A DNA stretch of 29,595 bases from Paraphysomonas bandaiensis (taxonomy: Eukaryota > Protista > Chrysophyceae), in contig CBFFRP010000112.1 of the NCBI GenBank assembly GCA_965644295.1, forward strand, positions 1-29,595, written 5' to 3'. Position 1 is the first letter of the stretch. Each line of letters begins with the position of its first letter. The notes below the pieces were generated by a model that worked only from the letters and a program-made list of their open reading frames with translations, had not been told where the DNA came from and searched no databases. The position numbers were made by a program, and so were the translations under genes. Shown one piece after another: positions 8,698 through 20,335 of this stretch.

Positions 8698-10040
8698 TGT
8701 TTACGACTTCGATATGTCAGCGCCAGTATCCCTAGTCATTGATATGAAACAAAGTGTGGGCGGTACGGCCATGGTTAACGCCTGGTCATATCTATTTGTC
8801 GACTGGAGAACACCATTTATTTGATATGTAATGTAATACGGCGGAGAATATTATTTTGGAAGTCAGTTTTGATCAACTTTACTTGAGCGTAGTGGATATA
8901 CTACATTTACGAAATCTTGACTCGATATTCTTAATTATAATAAATATTTCCGGTACACCTATTTTTTAACTGAGAATGTTGAAATGGCATTTCATAAGGA
9001 AATGAAAATTGAATAGCTGAGGTCGTATTGTCATGATATAGAACGTGTATCATGAGAATAACATCTAAATGTCTTTTTGAGGGCTAGTACCAGCTTAGTA
9101 GCTAGATGAACAGACAAGTTAAAGCTAGGTAAATAGCTACCATAAAGTAACTGGTATAACTTTTATATCTAATATCCTACTCTTCAGCGCAACGGAAGTT
9201 GTTTGTGCGTCACCGCAAGGTGCGACTACTTCCGCTCTTGAATATGTATGGAGAGTTATCCGAGGATATGAGTCCTGCAGGGTCAATGCTTGTTCAGTCA
9301 GGGGGACGCCCTTTGGGGTGGGGCTCCGTAGGGTTGGGAGGTGGCTGTATTTGGATGGTGAGCGTACCAAGCGTAAGAGACATGGGTTAGGGTTAAGAAT
9401 AATAGAAAAAACTGAGTATATTGACTGTTATAGATCGTGTCTATATAAGATCTGATAATACTGATTGCTACAGTAGTTGAGAGAATACAATTTTAGTGAA
9501 TATCAATGAATGATGAGACATATGCGTAGGATTTTGGCTATAGAATTTTGTATGTGAAATAAGGTTTTACTCGTAAAAAAGCTATAAAATTCTATGAATA
9601 ACGGTAGCTTGATTAGACGTTATTGTATATGTATGTCCCTTTAGTTATAACTAATAATATTATCCACAATTTGAAAATTCAAAGTAACAATATTATTCCA
9701 GTTGTTTTTTTTACACGAACTAGACATTCATCACTTATATATTTTGTTTTTTCTAAACTATTATAAAGGGTTGTATAATGATTTCTGAACCCTGAATCAT
9801 TACTTCTTTTCTTTGTGGTATGACAGTTATAATTCTGTCTATACAATCCCAAAAAAGGCCATACTGAACAGTTTCACAATAAATACATTCAGCATTTTCA
9901 AACTTTAATACATCATTAATTCTTTCCTTTCTCGTTTTGCAGGGTCAGGTTTGAATATATTTCTGCATATCGAACTCAATATTCATAATGTTTCACTGTA
10001 CTCAATAACACCTCTTCAGGGCAGCCATAGATGGGTTATA

Positions 10041-10506
10041 CCCATCAACAATGTCGGACTAGCACCGTTTTATGGTGTATTCTGGGGGATAAGTGCCGGA
10101 TAGATTTCTTCGGGAAACTAACGCCAGCTACATATGTATATACGGTTGCACCATGGTACTCGCAGTGATGCACAAGCAGTCCTGAGACGGCTGCCCGCCA
10201 CTAGTAGTATATAGTAAGTCCAGTTCTTAGTCAGTCTATAGATGTAAAACTAGTTTCTGTACAACCGCTCTCCTATATACATATGTATATATATAGTTAA
10301 CAGATAATTTTCTGCCCACTCATATAGTCGAATGTTTGTGTGGAAGAAGGGACACTAACTACTAATTGCCACTTGTGTACACGTCTTTGGGCTATGACGA
10401 ATAATAGGCATCCGGGAATGGGGTGCACCAGAAGGGTAAGCTGCTGAAGTCAAGCATCCAAGGGTATATAACATTATGCTTGCTCGCAGCCTTTGCTATG
10501 AGTGAT
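10041..10506 (+). repeat. Dispersed repeat family A, copy 1 (diverged; interrupted by a family B insertion)
   Basis: Colinear with 21762-22021 and 28862-29230 (CAACAAtGTCGGACT, GGAAACTAAC, TCTGCCCACTCATA, CCGGGAATGGG, TGAAGTCAAGCATCC, TGAGTGAT). Confidence 0.85.
10143..10277 (+). mobile_element. Short retroposon-like insertion (family B) with a 14-bp target-site duplication
   Basis: Flanked by TACATATGTATATA at 10129-10142 and 10278-10291. Absent from family A copies 2 and 3. Homologous to 21512-21621. Confidence 0.7.
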
Positions 10507-11208
10507 AGAGCAAAAGCGGTTGCACCTTGGTGCTTGCGTTAAAAAATAGGATATCAAAGTTAAGCACAAGTTAGTTAAATTGCAATGCTAATTTAAAAAG
10601 GTTTAATACTGTCTGTAAACTTTTGTTGAAGAACAACCCGCCGATCTATTTCCACGTGTCACTTTTGCAGAGGTTCCGTATTGAAAGTTCGTAGAATCGA
10701 TAATTTTTTTAGCGTGTAGTAGAAGTGTCTGAAAATTTTATTAGGCTCAGCTGCCATTTTTAATTAAATAGCATTGTCCACAGAATTTAGTAGAAAGAAA
10801 TGGTACTGTTTAGTTCAGTAAATATTTAGAATTTAGTGGGAACGTCGGATATATTTATTAGTACGGATAAATATATTTCCATGAAGTTCCTCCAGGGCGC
10901 AGACGTGGTAGGGAATCGCGATTAAAAAGCACAGATGCGACGCTTTTTGATAAGTATTGATGTACCTTCAGACGAAGGTGAATTTATTGAAGAGAAAGAG
11001 AAGCGATGTGACGAGAACAAAACCCAATTGTACTACAAATTGTGACTTTTATTATTTAAATCAAACAAATCAAAGTACACTAATTATCACTGTTGAGTGG
11101 ACGTAACAACATCACGAAATCGCTACATATAGAGACTGCCTCAGGAAATAACAGTAGCGATAAGTGATATCCGCTGTGCTGTACTACGGGGGAGAAGATA
11201 TACTAACA

Positions 11209-14200
11209 CTAAATACTTGAATCATAGAGCTCGTGCGGGGACAGAAGCCCTGGTACAGACGCCCTATACTCCAATTGCTGTTGTCGTAGCATTTCCGCTC
11301 CAACTTCCACCTCTTCGATATATAGTTCCGAATTATCTTCAACTTCAAATTCTTTCACTGTAACCAAGAAGTCACGCAAATGTTGTTTAAATGCCACAAG
11401 GTCTTGGGATGATTCGAAAAGCCCGTTCACAAAACTGATGACCTGGGTTTTGGTCATGTTAGGAAACGACGAGATAAGAAGATTTGCAATATATTCCATC
11501 ACAAATTGCTTATTGCTAGCCGAGCCATCTTCGAGGCTAGGTGCATGACTATCCGACTGAGGATCATAAAGAGGTACAACAACACTTCCTTTCTTCAGCA
11601 AGCAACAAATTTGTTCTAATACAGTAGCCTGAAGCTTGAAGCCACTCTTGTGTAATCTGTCTGTCATAACCCCCAGTATATCTTGCGTCAGTGGAAGCAA
11701 AAACTGTTGATAGAAGGGTTGTGCGAGCTCATTGGTGCGTTCGATATTCTGCAGAAGCTCATGTAATATCTCCAGGCCTGTCTCTGATATATTTCTCTCG
11801 GTATGTTTGAAGGCCCAGACAATACTGTCTACAACTAACTTCTGTTGCTGCGGCGGTATATTGAAGAGACCGAAGAAACAATGCTCATTGGCCTCCCTCA
11901 GGAACTTGAAGAATCCGATTCTATGTTCGGGATAATCCATCATATTCTTTGTAATCATTTCTAGAGTTGGCTCAAAGATAGCATCCATGATTCGAGGAAC
12001 CTCTTCTGAAATGTGATCACGAAGATTCGATATTGCTGTCGCAAACAGTACTAGCACTCTGGCATCTCTTGCAGAAGGAACAGCGTTACGGTAGTCTGAC
12101 AAAACTTCAGTCATAATTGATGGCATGAAGGTAGCCATAATTACTTGAGGGCCATCTTCGAGCTCTGAACTAGTCCCAATGAAAGTTGTTACAAGATCTA
12201 GAATCTCAGACTTCACACTACGCATTGCTTTGAAAAGAGTATACCTCGTCACAACTTCACCTTTCTCCTGAACGGCCTTCGAAATATTTTCACCGTACAG
12301 TCGGTACACATTCAACATATCAAGGAAAATATTAGACAACTGATGGATATATATAGACCCAGCGGCGCCGCATACTTTCGTGTTAGTTCTTAAGATTTTA
12401 CATAGCTCTTTAACAACTTCTAGCTCTAGCATGCTGTTCACATTTTGTCCCCCCTGGGTCATGATCTCTTTCCACGAGGAATTAGGGAGCTCCATTAACT
12501 GCACTATAGCGGTGTCTCGATTGATGGGAATGCCAGGTCCACGGTCGGATAACATACAGGCAACAGCTTCATAAAATGACTGCACTTGGTGCGGTTGCAG
12601 GTCATTGATATGTAGATATAAATCAGAAATTAGAGTGAGAATAAACGGCTGGGATTCCTCTACTTGCAGAACCATGAATTTACGCTTACACTTCTGTGCA
12701 ATCTTCAAGAACGTGTCACACGCCATGTCTTGAACACCAGGGTGATATTCGTGCATGAATTCAAACAGTTTATTTACCACGGTCTTCAGAAATTTCCAAT
12801 GGGCCCGAAGAAAGCGGGGATATTGACCAACAATATACATAATATTAGAAGCCACAACAGCTTTGTTATCTTTTCCTCTTTGTTCTTCACACAACCGCAG
12901 GAGATCCTTGATTACAGTCACGAGAAACCTCTTTTCATTCAAGTCGTCCATGGCACCGGATATAGATCCGATAGCCCAGCATAACGTATTTAGTCCCTGC
13001 CAAGAAAACATACCACCGTCCACTTGCTGTTCCAGTTTGCCCAACATTATATTCTCTGTGTCCACACTATTTAAGTGGGTTAGATAGACAATAGCATCTC
13101 GCATCGTCTTGTACTGAGCAATGACCTCAGTGTCCTTAGTCATTTCGCGCACGATTTCTCCATTCTCATCCTCTACAATGATCACCTCTTCCGGCTTCGC
13201 CATTTTATCAATGATAACATGTCGCAGACGGTGCAGGATATTGGCGTTAAAATATAAAATACTCCCGTTCGCATGTTGGGTACCATAGAGCGCCCCCGAA
13301 AAATCATCCCCTGTAGCATGAGGTCGAGCTTGTGCATTTTTTGAAGAATATAAACTCTTGGTAAATGAATACCAAAAGTCCAAACAAGTTTTAAATATCT
13401 CCTCGTCATCAACTTCAGAGACCATGACGAGGTATGTCAGTGCATCTACAAATGTTCTTTGCAATGACTCATCGCTGGATCTCTCGAAGAGAAAACAATA
13501 ACTCTTGAGAAATGTGCCAAGAAAGAGAGCTAGTCTTGAAACAAAGAGGCAGTCTCCCTCTGTTCCATTTTCATATGCTTGAACAAGATTAGTTTCTAAG
13601 GGAATGATTCCTTTCAGTTGATCTATCAAATTTACTAATAACCCCTGTAGTGTCCTATGATATGCATCTGGAATATCACTTGGTGGAAGAGAAGCAATTT
13701 CAGTAAGACAGTCCAACGTTGTAGTCCTATATATATACGTAAATATAACCGATGAAATATAGTATAACAGACCTGAAAGCGGGCTGCGGGAAATACGTCG
13801 ATATCAAACCATTTATCAACGCTGTTTCAAATATATACCCTAGGGGAATCCATGACAAAAACCTTTGAAGAGTCTTCAACGTTGTTATTAATAGAGACTT
13901 TTTCTGGGATGCTTCCAGAATAAATTGACATAGCTCAAATACCTTAGAAAACTCTTCATTCAAAGATTCTTTCATATTTTTGGCTTTAGCTGCTGTCATC
14001 GACTCTACAGAGCAATCAAAGACTTCTTCCGACAATATCTGCAGTATTCGCATGTTATTCTCACACAACGACTCCGATGATTTAGATGAACCAACAAGAT
14101 CGGATATAAAGGTTGGCCAATTATGTGGCCAGTCCTGCTTCAATATACTTACTAACACTAAATTCAATCGAGCCAGAAATGCATGGTTTTGCCGTTGCAG

Positions 14201-14530
14201 TTCAGAAGTATTGGACAAACTGATTATTTTACCAACCACATAATTTCGAATACCTTCGCGCTGTTCCGCAGGTAAAACTTTCCATCGAGTTGATATGGCG
14301 TCACCAAGAACCTGTAAGCCAAAAAATTTTGTAGCATCATTCTTAGACGACTCCAGCATACCACCAGCCCTCTTCCACATATCAGGGTGATCTTTCATGC
14401 GAACGAGAAAATCATTTGCAGCACTACGCTGAGGGTGAGTGGGATCATACGCTATTGTGACTATCTGATCCAATAGTTCGACATCTAAATCTTTAGTAAA
14501 ATCCAGTAAATGAGCAGCTGCTGCATCCAT
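11209..14530 (-). CDS. XPO1: Exportin-1 / CRM1 (~1091 aa); exons 14530-13773 and 13726-11209
   Basis: Hallmark motifs QDWPHNWPTFI, DKMAKPEEVIIVEDENGEIVRE, LCWAIGSISG, DLLRLCEEQRGKDNKAVVASNIMY (leptomycin-reactive Cys retained, 12889-12891) and KLFEFMHE. 46-nt GT-AG intron 13727-13772 joins the two ORFs in frame (AFR|TTTLDCLTEI). Confidence 0.96.
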
Positions 14531-15344
14531 AGCGACCGTTAACAACTACTTAAAATCTCTGCGACAGAACAACAACAGCAGGCAAACAGATAAACAATAT
14601 TAATTTCATTTAGAGTGTTGATAGTGTTAAGTGGGTTTTAACTGACCTTTTCGAGACGAGTATACTATACACATATACGTGCGTGTACGTCTATAGGAGC
14701 CGACTAGCTGTTGGTTGGGTGCTGTGCACTGCTGTGTATACCACACCAAACAAACAGCCATAAATGTAGACTACGGGAATACGATGGAATACGGAGACTG
14801 TTGTCAATTTTGAAATCCTGAGTCGAAAAGTCTAGAAGACGAAACGAACACAAGAGCTAGCTACGACCGTAGCACCGTACACACCCACCACTCAGATCCA
14901 TAGTACGAATCTTGACAACGCCGTGAGCGCTGTATATGTATATATACAGTGTATATATACGGTGTGCGCAAAACAGAGCAGAGAATTCTTCCAGGTAGAG
15001 ATTCACTGAGCAAGTCGATGAAAGCGAATAATGAGCGCAAGATGCCGATAACGAGATGAGGAGATCATGGAGATTTTCTATATTTCCCCCAAGAAGGACT
15101 AGCAATACGCTACAGGGATTATGATCTTAGAGTGACTCATATCGTATTTATATTTTTTGCAGGAGATAAATCTTCATTCAGGAGTGATAATGTACGTATG
15201 AGTGTTCTACAGTGTATATGGAATGTATATATCTGCTCTGGATGTCTATTTATAGCAGGTATATATATCGCGAAGGAGATATCGATGGAAGATTCATATC
15301 TTTTGTGCAATGTGGATATATGGGTACACACCAGGGCTAGGGAA

Positions 15345-15416
15345 CAGGCTTGCGTAACAATTAATTGGTTTTCAATTTATTGACAATAATTGCCAATTAA
15401 TTGTTACGCAAGCCTG
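15345..15416. mobile_element. 72-bp hAT-type MITE
   Basis: Perfect 24-bp TIR CAGGCTTGCGTAACAATTAATTGG (15345-15368 / 15393-15416). 8-bp TSD CTAGGGAA (15337-15344, 15417-15424). Confidence 0.92.
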
Positions 15417-15481
15417 CTAGGGAACTATATACTGCAATGCTATTGTTAGTTTTTAAACCACCGATCCAACAATACTATTGC

Positions 15482-16229
15482 CAGGGATAGGGAACAATAT
15501 ATTGCAATATATTGTAAAATATATTGATTGGTGGACTGGTCAAATATTCCATCAATAGTGTTTCTGTTAAAAGATACTATTGTAATATATTGCAATCAAT
15601 ATTATGATAGTCATATAAGAGAAGATTCTCAACTGTAGGGTGCAAAATGGATATAAATAACCGAGAAATTGATTACAACATTACAAAGGATAATGAAGCT
15701 GATGTTGACTATATGCGACTAAAAACCTTCAGTTAGCTCAAAAAATTAAGAAACGTACAGATCCACGAGTCATTAATGGTTGCCTGGCCCTGGTATGTAC
15801 TTCCAATACATGGGAACGTCTGTTCAGCACAGCTAAACATATTATATCAGTGTTGCGCAAAAGTATCCATCCTACTTAATATGCTGTTGTTTCTGAAAGC
15901 TATTCGACAGTTATGGCCGGATACTAGCATATTTCAATTAATTCTGTGGATGAATATGGTGATGTTGATGTCACCGATGATGGCTCAGAGGATGAGGACG
16001 AGGTGGATTTTTAGTAGCTATATGCAGCAGTTGGTTTGGTTGCCATGTGATCTTAATGACTAATACTACAAATGAAATCTACGGATGTGTTTACCTACTG
16101 ATTAGTCATACTAATATATTGCAATATATTGTAATGATTGTATTGTAGGACCGGTTTAAAAAATCCATCAATACTATTGATGGAACGCTATCTAACAATA
16201 GTATTGCAATATATTGTTCCCTATTCCTG
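15482..16229 (+). mobile_element. 748-bp non-autonomous hAT element (internal deletion derivative)
   Basis: 28-bp TIR CAGG(G/A)ATAGGGAACAATATATTGCAATA (15482-15509 / 16202-16229). 8-bp TSD ACTATTGC (15474-15481, 16230-16237). AATATATTG subterminal repeats and a hAT transposase remnant inside. Confidence 0.92.
15799..15920 (+). pseudogene. hAT transposase C-terminal dimerisation-domain remnant
   Basis: TSNTWERLFSTAKHIISVLRKSIHPT* then, after a frameshift, MLLFLKAIRQLWP. This matches the hAT S..ER.FS...R...L.L motif. Confidence 0.8.
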
Positions 16230-16561
16230 ACTATTGCAATATATGGCACAACGGCTGATATTACATATAGTCGTGTCATGGGGATCAACGTGATTGATGT
16301 TATCCAGCTCTGCGCATAATTTTTGACTTGTAGAGGAAGAATTACAATTCTACTATCGAACTTAATGTGAGAAAACTCCTGTTTAGTCAGGTATATGAGA
16401 GCTATCAAGAACGTTAAATAAGTAAGACTGCAGTACACTACGCTTATGACACATTTCAAATATTCTTTATAGTAAGTTACATAATCATTAATACACCATT
16501 GCGACCCCCTGTGAGCATTATTTTCACTAAAAAGAATCCGACAAACAAACACTGCTGAACA

Positions 16562-17896
16562 CTAGTCAGGTATTGCAAGTATCAATTCCCTCAACATGTC
16601 ACAAAATATAAATATTTCTAGCTCGGTATTGAAGTAGTGCACTGAAGCCCTCACCAGCTCAGGCAGGGATCTTTCTGTAGCATCTATCAATGTACTCGGT
16701 GGAGCAGAGACAGAAACGAACACATTTTGATCGCTCAAATATTTTTTAACAACACCAGGATCAATTCCACGAACAGTGAACGTCACAATTCCACACTGCG
16801 AAGATGGATCATCCTCTGAACCCATATCCCACACTTTAACGCAAGTATTGACATCACTCTCAGGATTTATGCTTCCTGTATCATCCGATTCAATCCTTGA
16901 TATGCCTTTCAGTGATTTCCTCAGTAGCTTGGCCAGAGATCGAATTCTGTCTTGCGCCCAAACTACGCCCACATTACTTTCATCTAACAGATAATCCACT
17001 GCCTTTCCAAGGCCTATCAACCCTGCTACATTTTTTTCCCACTGCTCGTATCGCTTCGCAGAAGGCTGAACCTCATACCGATTCAATTCCACCCAAGACG
17101 CGGAAAAATGATCAATTGTAATAGGTTCGTCCATAGAGCCTAAAACATCACTTGATATGTAAAGAAATCCTGTCCCACGAGGGCCACGCAAATATTTCCG
17201 TCCCGTACCAGCTAAAGCATGACATTGCAAAGCCTGAACATTAACAACGACATGTCCAACGGCCTGGCAGGCATCGAGGAGATAAAATACTCTCGGATGG
17301 GCACTACAGAGATGACCAACTCCCTCGGCATTGTTCACAACACCGCCATTAGTTGGTATCCAAGTCAGGGATACCACTTTAACTGTGGGTATTGAATTGA
17401 GCATATTCGCGAGAGCGGGAAGAGAGACTTGACCAGTACTATCCGACGGAATATACATAACAGAAGCGCCGGTGCGTTTCGCACGCTGAAGCATTGCAAC
17501 ATAGTTGGCACCATATTCAACCTTAGAAGCAAGAATGACATCACCCACAGTCAACGGTATAGAGTAGAAGGCGCGGATCCACGCAGTGGTTGCACTATCA
17601 ACCAGAGCGATCTCGTTCTCCGGATCAGATGCGTTGATTAGCCTCCCTATAGAATGATACACTGCATTGAGCTCCTGAGAGTAATACCTCTGTGCTTCAT
17701 ATCCACCCACCACATGCTCCTTCTCGAGAACATCCTTAACTACTGAGAGCACTGGTTTAGGAGCTGGAGATGCACCCGCATTATTCAGGTGGATATAATC
17801 TCCAGAGTGAGATAAATCGTCGCGAAGTTTCTGTAATTTTGAATCATGAAGAGGGGCAGCCGGGGCGCCATTGATATTAAAATACGAGTTTGACAT
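16562..17896 (-). CDS. Class V PLP-dependent aminotransferase-fold enzyme, EgtE / C-S lyase-like (~444 aa), intronless
   Basis: IHLNNAGAS, EHVVGGYEA, LLDACQAVG, PLP lysine motif AGTGRKYLRGPRGTG, and LVRASVHYFNT. First plausible ATG is at 17896 (the ORF track starts upstream at a non-ATG codon). Confidence 0.88.
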   Translation of the reverse strand: MSNSYFNINGAPAAPLHDSKLQKLRDDLSHSGDYIHLNNAGASPAPKPVLSVVKDVLEKEHVVGGYEAQRYYSQELNAVYHSIGRLINASDPENEIALVDSATTAWIRAFYSIPLTVGDVILASKVEYGANYVAMLQRAKRTGASVMYIPSDSTGQVSLPALANMLNSIPTVKVVSLTWIPTNGGVVNNAEGVGHLCSAHPRVFYLLDACQAVGHVVVNVQALQCHALAGTGRKYLRGPRGTGFLYISSDVLGSMDEPITIDHFSASWVELNRYEVQPSAKRYEQWEKNVAGLIGLGKAVDYLLDESNVGVVWAQDRIRSLAKLLRKSLKGISRIESDDTGSINPESDVNTCVKVWDMGSEDDPSSQCGIVTFTVRGIDPGVVKKYLSDQNVFVSVSAPPSTLIDATERSLPELVRASVHYFNTELEIFIFCDMLRELILAIPD

Positions 17897-18429
17897 CTCT
17901 GGATGCGGTCTAATGCTCGTATACGGTATAGGTGTGTGTACTGCTATATATATATGTATGTACGGATCAATCACTGTAGAACCCACTGGACAGACTGTAA
18001 TACAGCAGAGAAACACCTCATCTCATTGGACTATCTGATGCCTTGAGGACATACACTGGTGTCCTTATGGTGTCCTGGAGATTCACTCCTGTTGTTCTTT
18101 CAATTGACTTTCGATGAAGTCAAAGTCGAAGTGTTTAGTGTTCGAATGTTGTGCTGTGTCCTCAGATCTGCATAGCGTATCTACAGCAGTATACGTAGTA
18201 CAGAACAGCAACGAGAGGAGGCAGGCTGGATAGACTATGGACGTGTCTTGGTGCTGCAGCAGAATATATCATAGTAGTGTACGGTATACTCCCGTATACG
18301 GATATCGTACGCATGTGGCAGAAGTGTAGCTCCGTATCCACAGCACAGCACAGTCGTATCGTATCGTATGAAGCAGCTCCATATATCTGCCCTATCCTCC
18401 AGTCCTCCAGTGCAGGCGATACAAAGACT

Positions 18430-20335
18430 ATGGACCTTCTCTTTACTCGATCTCAGTGTTCCTTATGCTGCATATCTCTGGTGGTGGTAGCTGTGTCCTG
18501 TGTGTTGATGTTAGTGCGGAGGAGGCAGAGGAGAACTAACAGACCCAGTGAGGCGACTGTGAGTATTCTCACTAAGATAGACGACATTGAGCCTGCGTGT
18601 CGGAGGATAGCTCATGCCCTCAATGATGCAGCGGTGGTAAAAGACGAGAAGGAGTGTGCCGAACAAATGCGAGAGATAGTGGCTGGACGAAGTCTAGAGT
18701 ACAGCTCACTCGACACTAATCCAGAGTACTTATTAGGGTGTACTCGTCATATATCGGTTTCAGACCATGGGGCTCTTGGAACACGCTTCACAGTGCAGTA
18801 CAATTTGTTTGCAGGCTCGATTGTGGCATTGGGAACAGGTAAGAGCTACTTGTCCATCGAACATGCGTCATGTGGTGTCAATCAGATGAACAGAGACAAA
18901 GGCTATACGACACTCAAGATAATGGGGAGCTGGGATGCTTTGCGTTCACTGAGATTGGAGCAGGAGTGCTCTCTGGGGCAGGGGTGGAGACAACAGCACA
19001 CTATGATGCCGACAGACAAGTATTCATAATCAACAGCCCAACACCCACTTCTCGGAAAACCTGGATATCACAGGTGATTTGCATTTACACTCTTGCTTGA
19101 GATATACTTTATTTGTACTCACTCGTAGGGATGTTTTGCGGAACATGCTGTTATCCTGGCGAATTTATACATGCCTTCTGAAAATGAGAAAGATGCTAAC
19201 AAGGGGCCGCATTTGTTTTTCGCCCGTATACAAAATCGAAATTCTCAGACTGGTAACCTTTCCCCAGTTAGCTCCGCAGTAGAAGTAACCAGCCTTCCTC
19301 AGAAGACTGCGTTATGGGGATTAGATAACGCTTATATTAACTTCAATAAATTTGAAGTACGTCGAGAAGACCTCTTATCTAGGTTCTCTCAGGTTGGGGC
19401 TGATGGAAACTACTCACTCAACCTTCCACCAGGAAATAAGCGCATGTTGGATCTTCTGATAAGTCGACTTCTTACAGGTCGTGTCTGTCTGTCAGAGTAT
19501 ACAGTAGCCTTTTCAAGAGTAAGAGCCAGTCGTATGTTGTTTTCATATTCTAAAATCTGGCTATGCTGTAATATTTTAGGCATTGGTACGTGAGTCCTGG
19601 GCATACGCGTCTAGGAGGGAGCTGTGGGTAAGTCCCCGTCATAGAGCCACTACCAAACCCAGTACCATGACGGAGAAACCACTCATCGCTGCTACTTTCA
19701 TTAATTATTCCGAGAGCCTCGCGATTGTGGCGAGTTATATTGCACTCACAAGAGAAAGAGTGGCTGAATGCATCCGGGCGTCGTCATTCCCGCCAGATGT
19801 TATCGAAGCGGTGTGTGTTTGCAAATTTGTTGGTACGAGTTTTGGTGTCGATGCTGTCTCTGTAATGCGAAAGACTATGGGATCACAAGCGTTGCTGGAG
19901 GCGTCGCGCCTTGGCCCTAGTAGTTTCGTTTGTAATGCTACCTGCGCTGCTGAAGGAGATAATACAATCATGGAACTAAAAGTGGTGGGCGATTTGGTGC
20001 GTGGAGGCATCAAAGCATTGTTTCCAGTGAACCTCATTTCAAGAACTTTGATGAGAGCTCTTCAGCTGCATTTGTGGGATGCACGTGCATGTGGAAGTAG
20101 AGTTGCACTAATTCGATACTTGTATCTTGTTATCAGAACGTTTGCTCTGGGTAAGGCCGCCCTGGAAGAAGGGCAGCTGCTTCGTGACTTGGCTTGGTCT
20201 CGGGCTCATCTCCTGGTGATAGACTCCTGGTACACGGGGGGACTGAGGCGTTATGGTAGCCAGAAAGGCGCAGAAAGTTTTATGGATTCCTATATGAAAG
20301 TCCTGATGAGATATCCAACTCCTCCTCAGTTCTAA
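18430..20335 (+). CDS. Acyl-CoA oxidase-like flavoprotein (~580 aa); exons 18430-18838, 18886-19073, 19129-19518, 19580-20335
   Basis: FTVQYNLFAGSI, GCFAFTEIGAG, FIINSPTPTSRKTWISQG, GLDNAYINF and CAAEGDN (catalytic Glu region). Three GT-AG introns (47, 55, 61 nt) join the ORF fragments in frame. Confidence 0.88.

Larger units (their letters stand above)
15332..16257. mobile_element. Degenerate hAT-family MITE remnant that hosts two younger hAT insertions
   Basis: After removing the inserts, the left end CAGGGCTAGGGAACTATATACTGCAATGCTATTGTTAG matches the TIR of the 748-bp element. The right end is only partly complementary and no TSD was recovered. Confidence 0.5.

Noticed and set aside
9540-9596. 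ATAGAATTTT / AAAATTCTAT inverted repeat
   Set aside because: 10 bp in very AT-rich DNA, with no TSD or second copy.
11732-14243. Plus-strand and alternative-frame ORFs overlapping XPO1
   Set aside because: Antisense shadows of a conserved gene, with no recognisable motifs.
15776-16063. 95-aa ORF as a gene
   Set aside because: Partly reads a frameshifted hAT transposase remnant inside a non-autonomous element.
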